From contig CALDGT010000155.1 of the NCBI GenBank assembly GCA_937942935.1, positions 1 through 25,369 of the forward strand: a stretch of 25,369 bases of DNA, given 5' to 3'. How positions within the stretch are numbered: the stretch's first letter is position 1; each line of letters opens with the position of its first letter. Of this stretch, positions 1-7,377 are shown one piece after another. The position numbers and the translations under genes are program-made. This DNA is from an uncultured Chloroflexota bacterium. Its GTDB lineage: Bacteria > Chloroflexota > Anaerolineae > Aggregatilineales > Phototrophicaceae. A model generated the notes under the pieces. That model saw only the letters and a program-made list of their open reading frames with translations, did no database searches and had not been told where the DNA came from.

Positions 1-79
1 GAAACACCAAAACGAGTAAAAATCCACTGACAGCAATACTAATAAAAATCCCAAGCCAAAAGCGTTTTTTGCGGAACAT
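1..79 (-). CDS. 5' end of a membrane protein (partial, runs off left edge); possibly lysylphosphatidylglycerol synthase TM/flippase-like family
   Basis: Not in the ORF track. My translation from ATG at 79 gives MFRKKRFWLGIFISIAVSGFLLVLVF (basic N-terminus plus a hydrophobic helix), open to the edge. AAGGA SD at 90..86. The family guess rests only on the N-terminal pattern. Confidence 0.65.
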   Translation of the reverse strand, partial: MFRKKRFWLGIFISIAVSGFLLVLVF

Positions 80-168
80 AGGGCATCCTTTTATTTAGGC
101 GATTATCCCCTGCCTCAAATCAGATGAGATAATTGGTACGTCTTATAGATGATACGGCAATAATTTTT

Positions 169-245
169 AACCTCATCCCCCCGCCCCTTCTCCAATCTGG
201 AGAAGGGGAGAAAACCTCATTTTGAGGGGACTTAGGGGTGAGGTT
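169..245. repeat. REP-like/small dispersed palindromic repeat cluster downstream of asnS
   Basis: Perfect 11-bp stem CCCCTTCTCCA(184-194)-ATC-TGGAGAAGGGG(198-208). Small hairpin CCTCA-TTT-TGAGG (215-227). Outer arms AACCTCATCCCC (169-180) and GGGGTGAGGTT (235-245). The reverse complement of 224-238 matches 11064-11078 at 14/15. Confidence 0.7.
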
Positions 246-293
246 ATTAACACCATTTATCCCGTCCTCATGGGTTAGGGATAGTGAATAAAA

Positions 294-1634
294 TCATGGG
301 GTTTTACGGCTCAACATACGCGCATACGGAATCGTCTCGCGGATATGAGGCAATCCACACAGCCATGCAACGGTACGTTCAATCCCCAAACCGAAGCCCG
401 CGTGCGGAACACTGCCGAATTTGCGTAAATCCATATACCATGTGTAATTTTCGGCGGGTAATTTATGGTCGGCGATGCGTTTTTCCAGCAAATCATGGTC
501 ATAAATGCGTTCACTCCCGCCGATAATTTCGCCATAGCCTTCTGGCGCGAGCAAATCCACACTCCGACATACCTCTGGGCGACCTTCGACGGGTTGCATA
601 TAGAAGGCTTTCACGGCGGTGGGATAATGATAGACGAACACGGGAGTATCAAACATTTGCGTAAGCGCGGTTTCATGTGGGCTACCAAAATCTTCGCCCC
701 ATGTCATCTTGAGCAAGGGTTTTTGTTCATCATCGTCTGGCAACGAGTTATAAAGGTCTTGCAACCGTTGGACAGCTTCATCATAACTAATCCTCGCAAA
801 TTTGGATGTGACATTCTCCAATTTGGTCGTATCGCGTTCTAAAATTGCCAATTCTCCGCGATGTTTTTCCAATACTTGCGACACCACATAGCGCACCATG
901 TTTTCTTCGACATCCATCAATTCTTCGAGTGAACAGAAGGCGATTTCGGGTTCAAGCATCCAAAATTCGGCTAAATGACGACGGGTTTTCGATTTTTCGG
1001 CGCGGAATGTTGGACCAAAGCAATAGACCTTGCCGAATGCCATCATATTGGCTTCGTTATAGAGTTGCCCTGTTTGCGCCAAAAATGCGGGTTCTCCATG
1101 ATAATCAATTTCAAATAACGAGGTGGTATCTTCGCCTGCGGATGGGGTGATGATGGGGGTATCTACTAACAGATAACCATTATCATCCAACCAATTCCGC
1201 ATGGAACGGATGATGGTTGCGCGGATACGCAAAATTGCCCATTGGCGCGATGAACGCAACCACAGATGACGGTTATCCATCAAAAATTCGACACCGTGTT
1301 CTTTGGGGGTGATGGGATAATCTTGTGCCATTTGGATGAGCGACACCGATTTCACGCCCACCTCATACCCACCCGGATAACCGGGTGCGCGGTCATCTTT
1401 GCGGACAACACCCGTGATGCTGATGGATGATTCTTGGGTCAATTTGCGTGCGAGTTCAAATTGGTCTTCTGAGACATCATTTTTGAACACCACACATTGA
1501 GCAATACCAGACCCATCACGTAATTTAATAAATTCCAGTTTGCCCTTGCCTGTGCGGTCATAAACCCAGCCGCGCAGGGTAATTTCTTGCCCATCATATT
1601 GGGAAATGTCTTTAATGAGGATTGTTTGTGCCAC
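294..1634 (-). CDS. asnS: Asparagine--tRNA ligase
   Basis: OB-fold anticodon domain (LRGWVYDRTGKGKLEFIKLRDGSG), class II motif 2 (FRAEKSKTRRHLAEFWMLEPE), motif 3 (PHAGFGLGIERTV), and LAQTGQLYNEA as in AsnRS. Start moved from 1730 to GTG at 1634, which has an AGGAGA SD 7 nt upstream. Confidence 0.95.
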   Translation of the reverse strand: MAQTILIKDISQYDGQEITLRGWVYDRTGKGKLEFIKLRDGSGIAQCVVFKNDVSEDQFELARKLTQESSISITGVVRKDDRAPGYPGGYEVGVKSVSLIQMAQDYPITPKEHGVEFLMDNRHLWLRSSRQWAILRIRATIIRSMRNWLDDNGYLLVDTPIITPSAGEDTTSLFEIDYHGEPAFLAQTGQLYNEANMMAFGKVYCFGPTFRAEKSKTRRHLAEFWMLEPEIAFCSLEELMDVEENMVRYVVSQVLEKHRGELAILERDTTKLENVTSKFARISYDEAVQRLQDLYNSLPDDDEQKPLLKMTWGEDFGSPHETALTQMFDTPVFVYHYPTAVKAFYMQPVEGRPEVCRSVDLLAPEGYGEIIGGSERIYDHDLLEKRIADHKLPAENYTWYMDLRKFGSVPHAGFGLGIERTVAWLCGLPHIRETIPYARMLSRKTP

Positions 1635-1673
1635 GAAAATTTCTCCTAAAAAGGTTGTTTGTGTATGGCGGTT

Positions 1674-1682
1674 ATTATAGCA
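1674..1682 (-). promoter_or_regulatory. Extended -10 promoter element for asnS
   Basis: TGCTATAAT on the minus strand, 40 nt upstream of the GTG start. Confidence 0.6.
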
Positions 1683-1714
1683 CGGGGATATAGACAAGGG
1701 GCAGATAGGATTAA

Positions 1715-1744
1715 TTGCACAATATAGCAATATATTGTTATAAT
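1715..1744 (+). promoter_or_regulatory. Sigma70-type promoter for the TIR gene
   Basis: TTGCAC (1715-1720), 18-nt spacer, TATAAT (1739-1744) with a TG extension at 1736-1737. AGGGAG SD-like at 1758-1763. Confidence 0.65.
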
Positions 1745-1775
1745 CGTGTAATAAGTTAGGGAGATTTTTGCCATT

Positions 1776-4352
1776 ATGAGTGATGTATTTATATCATATT
1801 CAAGAAAAGATAAAATATTCGCACGAAGATTATTTGACCGCCTAAAATCTGAAAAATACTCTAGTTGGGTTGATTGGATCGGAATTCCTTATAGTTCAGA
1901 GTGGATGAATGAAATTCGTGAAGGAATTATACAGACTGACAATTTTGTGTTTATTATTAGCCAAGACTCCCTCATAAGTAAAGTTTGTAATCTTGAACTT
2001 GAAATTGCCCGCCAACATAATAAGAGAATTATTCCAATTGTTCGAAGCGAACCAAATATTAAACTAATTGCAGGAGAGTGGTTCGGTAAAGAATGGGAAT
2101 CTATAGCACGTACGAATTGGGAAAAACTTACCAAGTTAAATTTTATTTTCTTTCGTAAAAAAATAGGATTTGATTGCGAGTTTGATGAAAACACAGGTGA
2201 AATCATCAATCCTGATTGTGATGATATAAATAGTGATGCTGATAATTTTGAGACTCGATTCACAGAATTATTGAAAACAGTTAGAGAGAATCCTCAACAT
2301 GCCCGTCAACATACACGTTATTTATTACGAGCTGAGGATTGGAAAACAACCGGCGAGAATGAAGATAGCTTGCTTATTGGAAGTGAAATTGGAAAAGCAG
2401 AAATATGGTTAAGAGAGTGGGAAAAATCAAAAATAGAGCGTGCATTGCAAATGCCCCCGCTAGAACCTATTGAGCCGATACCACTCCCATTACACTATAA
2501 TTATATTTCAGCAAGCCGAAGAGCAGATTCTATACGCATAGAACAATTAAACAATATTCGAGAACAAATTAAACAAGCAGAAAATCGTGCGGAATCCCTT
2601 CGTTTAGCAAGTGAATCAAGTAATATCTTGAATGAGGCATCTTTATTCCCCCCAGATTACGATACCCACAGAGATTTTGAACTAGCCACATTATTAGCCA
2701 TACAAGCATTGAATACCAGCTATACTGCTCAAGCAGATGAAGCATTAGTTAGAGCATTAGATAAATTAATTCCAACCAAAAACTCTATGGAACACATTGG
2801 TTTAATAAGTCAGGTTATATATAGCCCGGATGGAAATTTTATTATATCTGCTTCATGGGATAAAACTTTGTGCTTATGGAACGCAAATACAGGTGAAAAA
2901 ATTCATAGTTTTAATGGGCATACAGATGATGTAAATGCAGTAGCATGTAGTCCCGACGGGAATTTTATTGTATCTGCTTCATCAGATAAAACTTTGCGTT
3001 TATGGGAAATCAAAACAGGCAATACTATACAAATCCTTAGAGGACATGTTACCAGCGTAGATGCTGTAGCATTTAGCCCAAATGGGGAGTTTATTACATC
3101 TGGATCATTTGATGGTATGATTTGTATATGGCATTCAAGAACTGGTGAATTAATTCACTCATTTAAAGAGAATTCAGTTAAAGCGAAAATTAATAGCATC
3201 ACTTATAGCATAGATGGTAAAATGATTATTTATACATCATGGATTTATATTTATATCCATGATGCTCTAACATTTGAAATAAGAAATATACTTAACGGGC
3301 ATGATTTGGATGTTTTTTGTATTGCTTGTAGCCCTAATGGAATTCATATAGCATCAGGTTCTTATGATGATACCATACGGATATGGGATTTAAAAACAAA
3401 AGAGACTATTAAAATTATTAAGCCAAATATCGCTGGTATAGATTGTATTGCTTATAGCCCAAATGGACAAAAATTAGCCTTTGCATCTCAAATAGGTAAA
3501 ATTCAAATATTAGATACCTTAACGTGGGATATTCAGCGTATCATTGGTGGTCGTTCATATAAACTGGCATTCAATCCTAATAAGCCACAAATAGTTGTAT
3601 CTACTTTTGATAACATGGTGAAGATATGCGATACAGATTACCATAATTTGATTTCTTATGCTTGCACAAAAGTATCGAGAGATATTTCCATTCAAGAAAG
3701 ACAACACTATTCAATTTTGAATTATACCCCAGTATGTCAAAGGTTCGAAAGCAAGTTCCGCGACATTATTCATCAATTGTTTGAGCGTGGCTTAATTTCT
3801 GGAGAAACCGGTTATGAGTCAGTAAGTTATGAGAATATTTCAGCTAATAAGTTCGAGGAATCTAATCAATCTTCGATAATTTTATATCCAATATCATATT
3901 ATAATGATCGTAATGATTTAGAGTGTATTATATGTACGAGCTTTATTATTAATAATAGCCCGCTTGAGTATGGATGTGGCTTTGCCATAAGATTTGATGA
4001 AAAGGATTTCTATGCAATTTTTATAAATACAGAAAAACATCTTTTATTTTCAGCATACATATCTGGTAAATGGGAGAATATAAAAAACATAGATATAAGT
4101 AGCACAATCAATAACAAAGATTTAAATACGAAGCTAATGTTGATTGTAAAAGGGGAAATATTTCAAACCCTAATAAATGATGAGGTAATAGCAGACTTTT
4201 CTGATAGTCGGCTAAAAAGTGGATATATATCGCTTTTTATTCAAAAATATAATAGATATGACACAAGGGATTTTCTATTTACAGATACATGGGTGTGGGA
4301 TTCAACACCATTTTCAAAACTTCCATTAATACCCATGACAGTTCAAGGTTGA
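1776..4352 (+). CDS. TIR-domain protein with helical linker, 7 WD40 repeats and a C-terminal ConA-like/DUF1080-like beta-sandwich
   Basis: N-terminal TIR_2 signature (DVFISYSRKD...W.D..GIP....W..EI..GI...D.FVFIIS..S..S.VCNLELEIA). Seven WD40 repeats from about nt 2787 to 3640 (e.g. GHTDDVNAVACSPDGNFIVSASSDKTLRLWE). C-terminal GCGFAIRFDEKDFYAIFI...W...NTKLMLIVKGEIFQTLINDEVIADFSDSRLKSGYISL. No Walker A motif. Confidence 0.9.
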   Translation: MSDVFISYSRKDKIFARRLFDRLKSEKYSSWVDWIGIPYSSEWMNEIREGIIQTDNFVFIISQDSLISKVCNLELEIARQHNKRIIPIVRSEPNIKLIAGEWFGKEWESIARTNWEKLTKLNFIFFRKKIGFDCEFDENTGEIINPDCDDINSDADNFETRFTELLKTVRENPQHARQHTRYLLRAEDWKTTGENEDSLLIGSEIGKAEIWLREWEKSKIERALQMPPLEPIEPIPLPLHYNYISASRRADSIRIEQLNNIREQIKQAENRAESLRLASESSNILNEASLFPPDYDTHRDFELATLLAIQALNTSYTAQADEALVRALDKLIPTKNSMEHIGLISQVIYSPDGNFIISASWDKTLCLWNANTGEKIHSFNGHTDDVNAVACSPDGNFIVSASSDKTLRLWEIKTGNTIQILRGHVTSVDAVAFSPNGEFITSGSFDGMICIWHSRTGELIHSFKENSVKAKINSITYSIDGKMIIYTSWIYIYIHDALTFEIRNILNGHDLDVFCIACSPNGIHIASGSYDDTIRIWDLKTKETIKIIKPNIAGIDCIAYSPNGQKLAFASQIGKIQILDTLTWDIQRIIGGRSYKLAFNPNKPQIVVSTFDNMVKICDTDYHNLISYACTKVSRDISIQERQHYSILNYTPVCQRFESKFRDIIHQLFERGLISGETGYESVSYENISANKFEESNQSSIILYPISYYNDRNDLECIICTSFIINNSPLEYGCGFAIRFDEKDFYAIFINTEKHLLFSAYISGKWENIKNIDISSTINNKDLNTKLMLIVKGEIFQTLINDEVIADFSDSRLKSGYISLFIQKYNRYDTRDFLFTDTWVWDSTPFSKLPLIPMTVQG

Positions 4353-4362
4353 AATAATCTAT

Positions 4363-4391
4363 TTGCACCCCATGAAAGAGTCGGTTACAAT
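4363..4391 (+). promoter_or_regulatory. Sigma70-type promoter for the downstream plus-strand genes
   Basis: TTGCAC (4363-4368), 17-nt spacer, TACAAT (4386-4391). Confidence 0.7.
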
Positions 4392-4418
4392 CAGGGAAAA
4401 TAACCGAATTATTTTTTT
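4381..4418 (+). terminator. Possible terminator of the TIR gene, or an operator overlapping the -10
   Basis: Inverted repeat TCGGTTA (4381-4387) / TAACCGA (4401-4407) with a 13-nt loop, followed by ATTATTTTTTT. The long loop makes the call uncertain. Confidence 0.35.
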
Positions 4419-4429
4419 GGAGCATGACT

Positions 4430-4735
4430 ATGAATAACACTTCTTCTAATTATCACATGGATTATTTTGATGTAACCCAACATTGGCATTCCGATTCCGA
4501 AAGATATGCGGGTGGGGATGCGCTGGTGACATTGCTCACACAAGGTTGGGAAATTCAACGCGAAGTCGGCGTGGAAGACCGTTTTTTTGCGGGATTGCGC
4601 TCGGTTTCAGTGTACCATCTGACGTTGGTGCGCGATGGTGAAGTCATGAGAATGCCTGTCATCCGCAACCCATATATTAATCGGCTCATCCGCATGGGGA
4701 GTTATGTGCAAGTGAATGTCGAGGATTTGAAATAA
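4430..4735 (+). CDS. Small hypothetical protein (about 101 aa)
   Basis: ORF-track ORF 4424-4735. GGAG at 4419-4422 is correctly spaced (7 nt) for the second ATG at 4430. It has a good promoter and a natural-looking globular sequence. Confidence 0.8.
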   Translation: MNNTSSNYHMDYFDVTQHWHSDSERYAGGDALVTLLTQGWEIQREVGVEDRFFAGLRSVSVYHLTLVRDGEVMRMPVIRNPYINRLIRMGSYVQVNVEDLK

Positions 4736-4765
4736 TTTTATCAGTGTCACAAAGGGGAATATGAC

Positions 4766-5839
4766 ATGCTAAAAATTGCAATATTGTTCATCATCATCAG
4801 TTTTAGTCTCTCGTTAGTCGCGCAAGAGACATCTGAGGAATATTGCACGCTATCCGATGTTACTGTTGAGCAAGATACCCTCATCGCTACCCTTGCGGGA
4901 GATGGTGAACTCACAGCGACAGCACTCGAAATCGTCACGGGGAATGTGGCTGAAAATGTGAATGTGCGCTCATTACCCTCTCGGAGTGGCTTGGTAGTAG
5001 CCGTCATCGAAGGCGGAAACACCGCAGAAATCATCGGACGTGACCAATCTTCTGAATGGCTACGAGTCAATGATGAGGATGGAGGGTGGGTTTTTGCCGA
5101 TTTGGTGAGCAATTTATCGGCAGAAATTGCTGATTTACCCGTTATTGGCAGTAGCAACACGGTTATTCCAACCCTTTTGGAATATACCCCCACAGAAGAA
5201 AGTGATTGCCTCGCATATCTTCATCTGCAAACCACCAAGCCTAGCCAAATCATCATCGGTGATAAAACCTATGTGTTATCTGAAAACACATCTCTGGTTG
5301 TCATCAATAATGATGTGGTAGCGCATGTGTTGGCAGGTGATATTAAGCTATTGGTGGATGCTGAGATATTTTATATCCCCGCAGGTGCAAAATTGACCCA
5401 AGAAACAGTGGATGATGTGGTTGTTTATGAGGCTGTTCCCTACGAAACGGATGAAATCGTTGCGCTTGGATTGCCAGAAACCATCACCATCGCAGACCCA
5501 ATCGCCCAAGCGGATTTAGACGCATTCATCGCCGAAGCCAGTTTTGTGCCAACCCCTGCCCCTGTGACCACCACCAATAATAATGGCAATAATCCAGAAT
5601 CAACCGAAACAGTCGCCCCATCATCACCCAATCGCGTGGTGGTATCATTCGCCTATAGTATCGGCATCACATCTGTTCCCGGTGGCGGGCAAATGGAAGT
5701 TATTGGCGAGGTGCAACCGGGTACAGCAGGTACAATTTTAGAAGTCCAATATGTAGGGGCTGGTACATTTTATTATATCCAATTTGATACAGGGCAAATT
5801 GGTTGGTCAGAAGCGTCTTTCTTTAGTCCCGAAAGTTAG
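4766..5839 (+). CDS. Secreted acidic SH3b-domain protein
   Basis: Signal peptide (MLKIAILFIIISFSLSLVAQE). SH3b motif NVNVRSLPSRSGLVVAVIEGGNTAEIIGRDQSSEWLRV...GWVFADLV. Pro/Thr/Asn linker, then a second SH3-like C-terminus (GEVQPGTAGTILE...YYIQFDTGQIGWSEA). Confidence 0.8.
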   Translation: MLKIAILFIIISFSLSLVAQETSEEYCTLSDVTVEQDTLIATLAGDGELTATALEIVTGNVAENVNVRSLPSRSGLVVAVIEGGNTAEIIGRDQSSEWLRVNDEDGGWVFADLVSNLSAEIADLPVIGSSNTVIPTLLEYTPTEESDCLAYLHLQTTKPSQIIIGDKTYVLSENTSLVVINNDVVAHVLAGDIKLLVDAEIFYIPAGAKLTQETVDDVVVYEAVPYETDEIVALGLPETITIADPIAQADLDAFIAEASFVPTPAPVTTTNNNGNNPESTETVAPSSPNRVVVSFAYSIGITSVPGGGQMEVIGEVQPGTAGTILEVQYVGAGTFYYIQFDTGQIGWSEASFFSPES

Positions 5840-5865
5840 GCATATCCCAGAATAAGGATAAATCA

Positions 5866-6558
5866 ATGGATGCAAAAACACTCGCGGGCATGATTGACCA
5901 TACCCTCCTCAAGCCAGAAGCCATGCCCGAACAAATTGAGGTGCTATGCACAGAGGCGATGCAATACGGATTCGCCTCTGTGTGTGTGAATGGGATTTTT
6001 GTGCCACTTGCGGCGCAAAAATTGGCGGGTAGCCCTGTGAAAGTGTGTACAGTGGTCGGATTTCCACTCGGTGCAATGCACACCTCTGCCAAAGTGTATG
6101 AGACGCAAGTCGCACTCAAACACGGCGCAACCGAAATTGATATGGTGCTATCGGTGGGCAACCTGAAAGCCGATAATATCAGCGCGGTGCATCATGATAT
6201 TTCGTCCATCGTGGCAGAATGTCACCTAAAAGGCGCCATTTGCAAGGTGATTTTAGAAACATGCTTATTAACCGATGCCGAAAAAGTCGTGGCATGTCGC
6301 GTCTGTGTGGATGCGGGGGCAGATTTCGTCAAGACCAGCACCGGATTTTCCACAGGTGGCGCGACAGTAGATGATATTCGGCTCATGCGGAACACGGTTG
6401 GGGCAGATATGGGTGTGAAAGCCAGTGGCGGAATCCGCAATTTGGCGACTGCACTCGCCATGATTGAAGCAGGCGCAAATCGGTTAGGGGTGAGCGCAGG
6501 TGTTGCCATCATCAAAGAATTAGGCGGTGGTGTGGCACTCGGCGGGGATGGATATTAA
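5866..6558 (+). CDS. deoC: Deoxyribose-phosphate aldolase
   Basis: IDHTLLKPEA, VCTVVGFPLGA, GATEIDMV, KVILET, ADFVKTSTGF (Schiff-base Lys), VKASGGIR, GANRLGVS. Confidence 0.97.
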   Translation: MDAKTLAGMIDHTLLKPEAMPEQIEVLCTEAMQYGFASVCVNGIFVPLAAQKLAGSPVKVCTVVGFPLGAMHTSAKVYETQVALKHGATEIDMVLSVGNLKADNISAVHHDISSIVAECHLKGAICKVILETCLLTDAEKVVACRVCVDAGADFVKTSTGFSTGGATVDDIRLMRNTVGADMGVKASGGIRNLATALAMIEAGANRLGVSAGVAIIKELGGGVALGGDGY

Positions 6559-6573
6559 CACCCCTCAATTTCG

Positions 6574-6582
6574 TGCTATAAT
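6574..6582 (+). promoter_or_regulatory. Extended -10 element upstream of the GT2 gene
   Basis: TGCTATAAT, 41 nt upstream of ATG 6624. Confidence 0.55.
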
Positions 6583-6623
6583 CGGTGAATTCATTGAATA
6601 GCACTTATCTTGAGGATTTCTAC

Positions 6624-7370
6624 ATGCAAGAAAATACATCCACTGCCACAAATACCGCCAAAACAGGGGCTAAACGCCTAACCTTAACGGTGGTTATCCC
6701 CTGTTACAACGAAGAACATTTCATCGAAAAAGTGATTGAGCGTGTGCGTGCGGTTGAATTGGCAGACCAAATCGTCATCGTGGATGATGGTTCAACAGAC
6801 AAAAGCCGAGAAATTTTGCGCCGTCTCCAAGAAGACCCACGCAATGATGACCTCGAAATTTTATATCATGACCGCAATCAGGGCAAAGGCGCGGCACTCG
6901 TGACTGGGTTTAAGGCGGCGCGGTGTGATGTGATTCTCATCCAAGATGCAGATGAAGAATATGACCCGCGTGATTATCCAGTATTGCTCAAGCCATTAGA
7001 AGAAGGCATTTCTAAAGTGGTATATGGCTCGCGCTTTTTGGGCGGTCCGCGCAAGGCGATGAACTTTTGGAATATGGTCGCCAACAAATTGCTCACCCTC
7101 GCAACAAATGTCTTATACAATGCCATTTTGAGCGATATGGAAACCTGTTATAAAGTTTTTCGGCGCGAAGTCGTCCAAGATATGGTCATCCGCGCACGGG
7201 GATTTGAATTTGAACCCGAATTCACCGCCAAAGTGCTGAAAAAAGGGATTCGGATTTATGAAGTCCCGATTTCTTATAATGGGCGCGAGTGGGAAGAAGG
7301 CAAAAAAATCAAATGGCATGATGCCCCCAAAGCATTGTGGGCGCTCATCAAATATCGGTTTGTAAACTAA
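6624..7370 (+). CDS. Glycosyltransferase family 2, DPM1-like (polyprenyl-phosphate glycosyltransferase)
   Basis: VVIPCYNEE, IVIVDDGSTD, NQGKGAAL, IQDADEEYDP, VVYGSRF, SDMETCYKVFRR, FEFEPEFTAK, YEVPISY. Start moved from 6585 to ATG 6624 (GAGGA SD at 6612-6616). Confidence 0.92.
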   Translation: MQENTSTATNTAKTGAKRLTLTVVIPCYNEEHFIEKVIERVRAVELADQIVIVDDGSTDKSREILRRLQEDPRNDDLEILYHDRNQGKGAALVTGFKAARCDVILIQDADEEYDPRDYPVLLKPLEEGISKVVYGSRFLGGPRKAMNFWNMVANKLLTLATNVLYNAILSDMETCYKVFRREVVQDMVIRARGFEFEPEFTAKVLKKGIRIYEVPISYNGREWEEGKKIKWHDAPKALWALIKYRFVN

Positions 7371-7377
7371 TCAGATT

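Noticed and set aside
284-1150. Plus-strand ORFs 284-526, 465-842, 845-1150 and minus-strand 311-562
   Set aside because: These are shadow frames of asnS with no protein-like motifs or RBS. The same applies to the other short ORFs nested in or antisense to the long genes (e.g. 14458-15042, 4747-5193, 21822-22274).
1635-1730. 32-codon N-terminal extension of asnS in the ORF track
   Set aside because: It covers the promoter and SD. The GTG at 1634 has an AGGAGA SD, and the AsnRS-like sequence begins there.
1635-1775. T-box or other leader riboswitch for asnS
   Set aside because: There are only about 35 nt between the likely -10 and the start, and no T-box motif or terminator/antiterminator.
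2370-2405. Possible Walker A (IGSEIGKAE) making the TIR protein a STAND NTPase
   Set aside because: The spacing is G-x3-GK and lacks the S/T. There is no Walker B or room for an NTPase domain.
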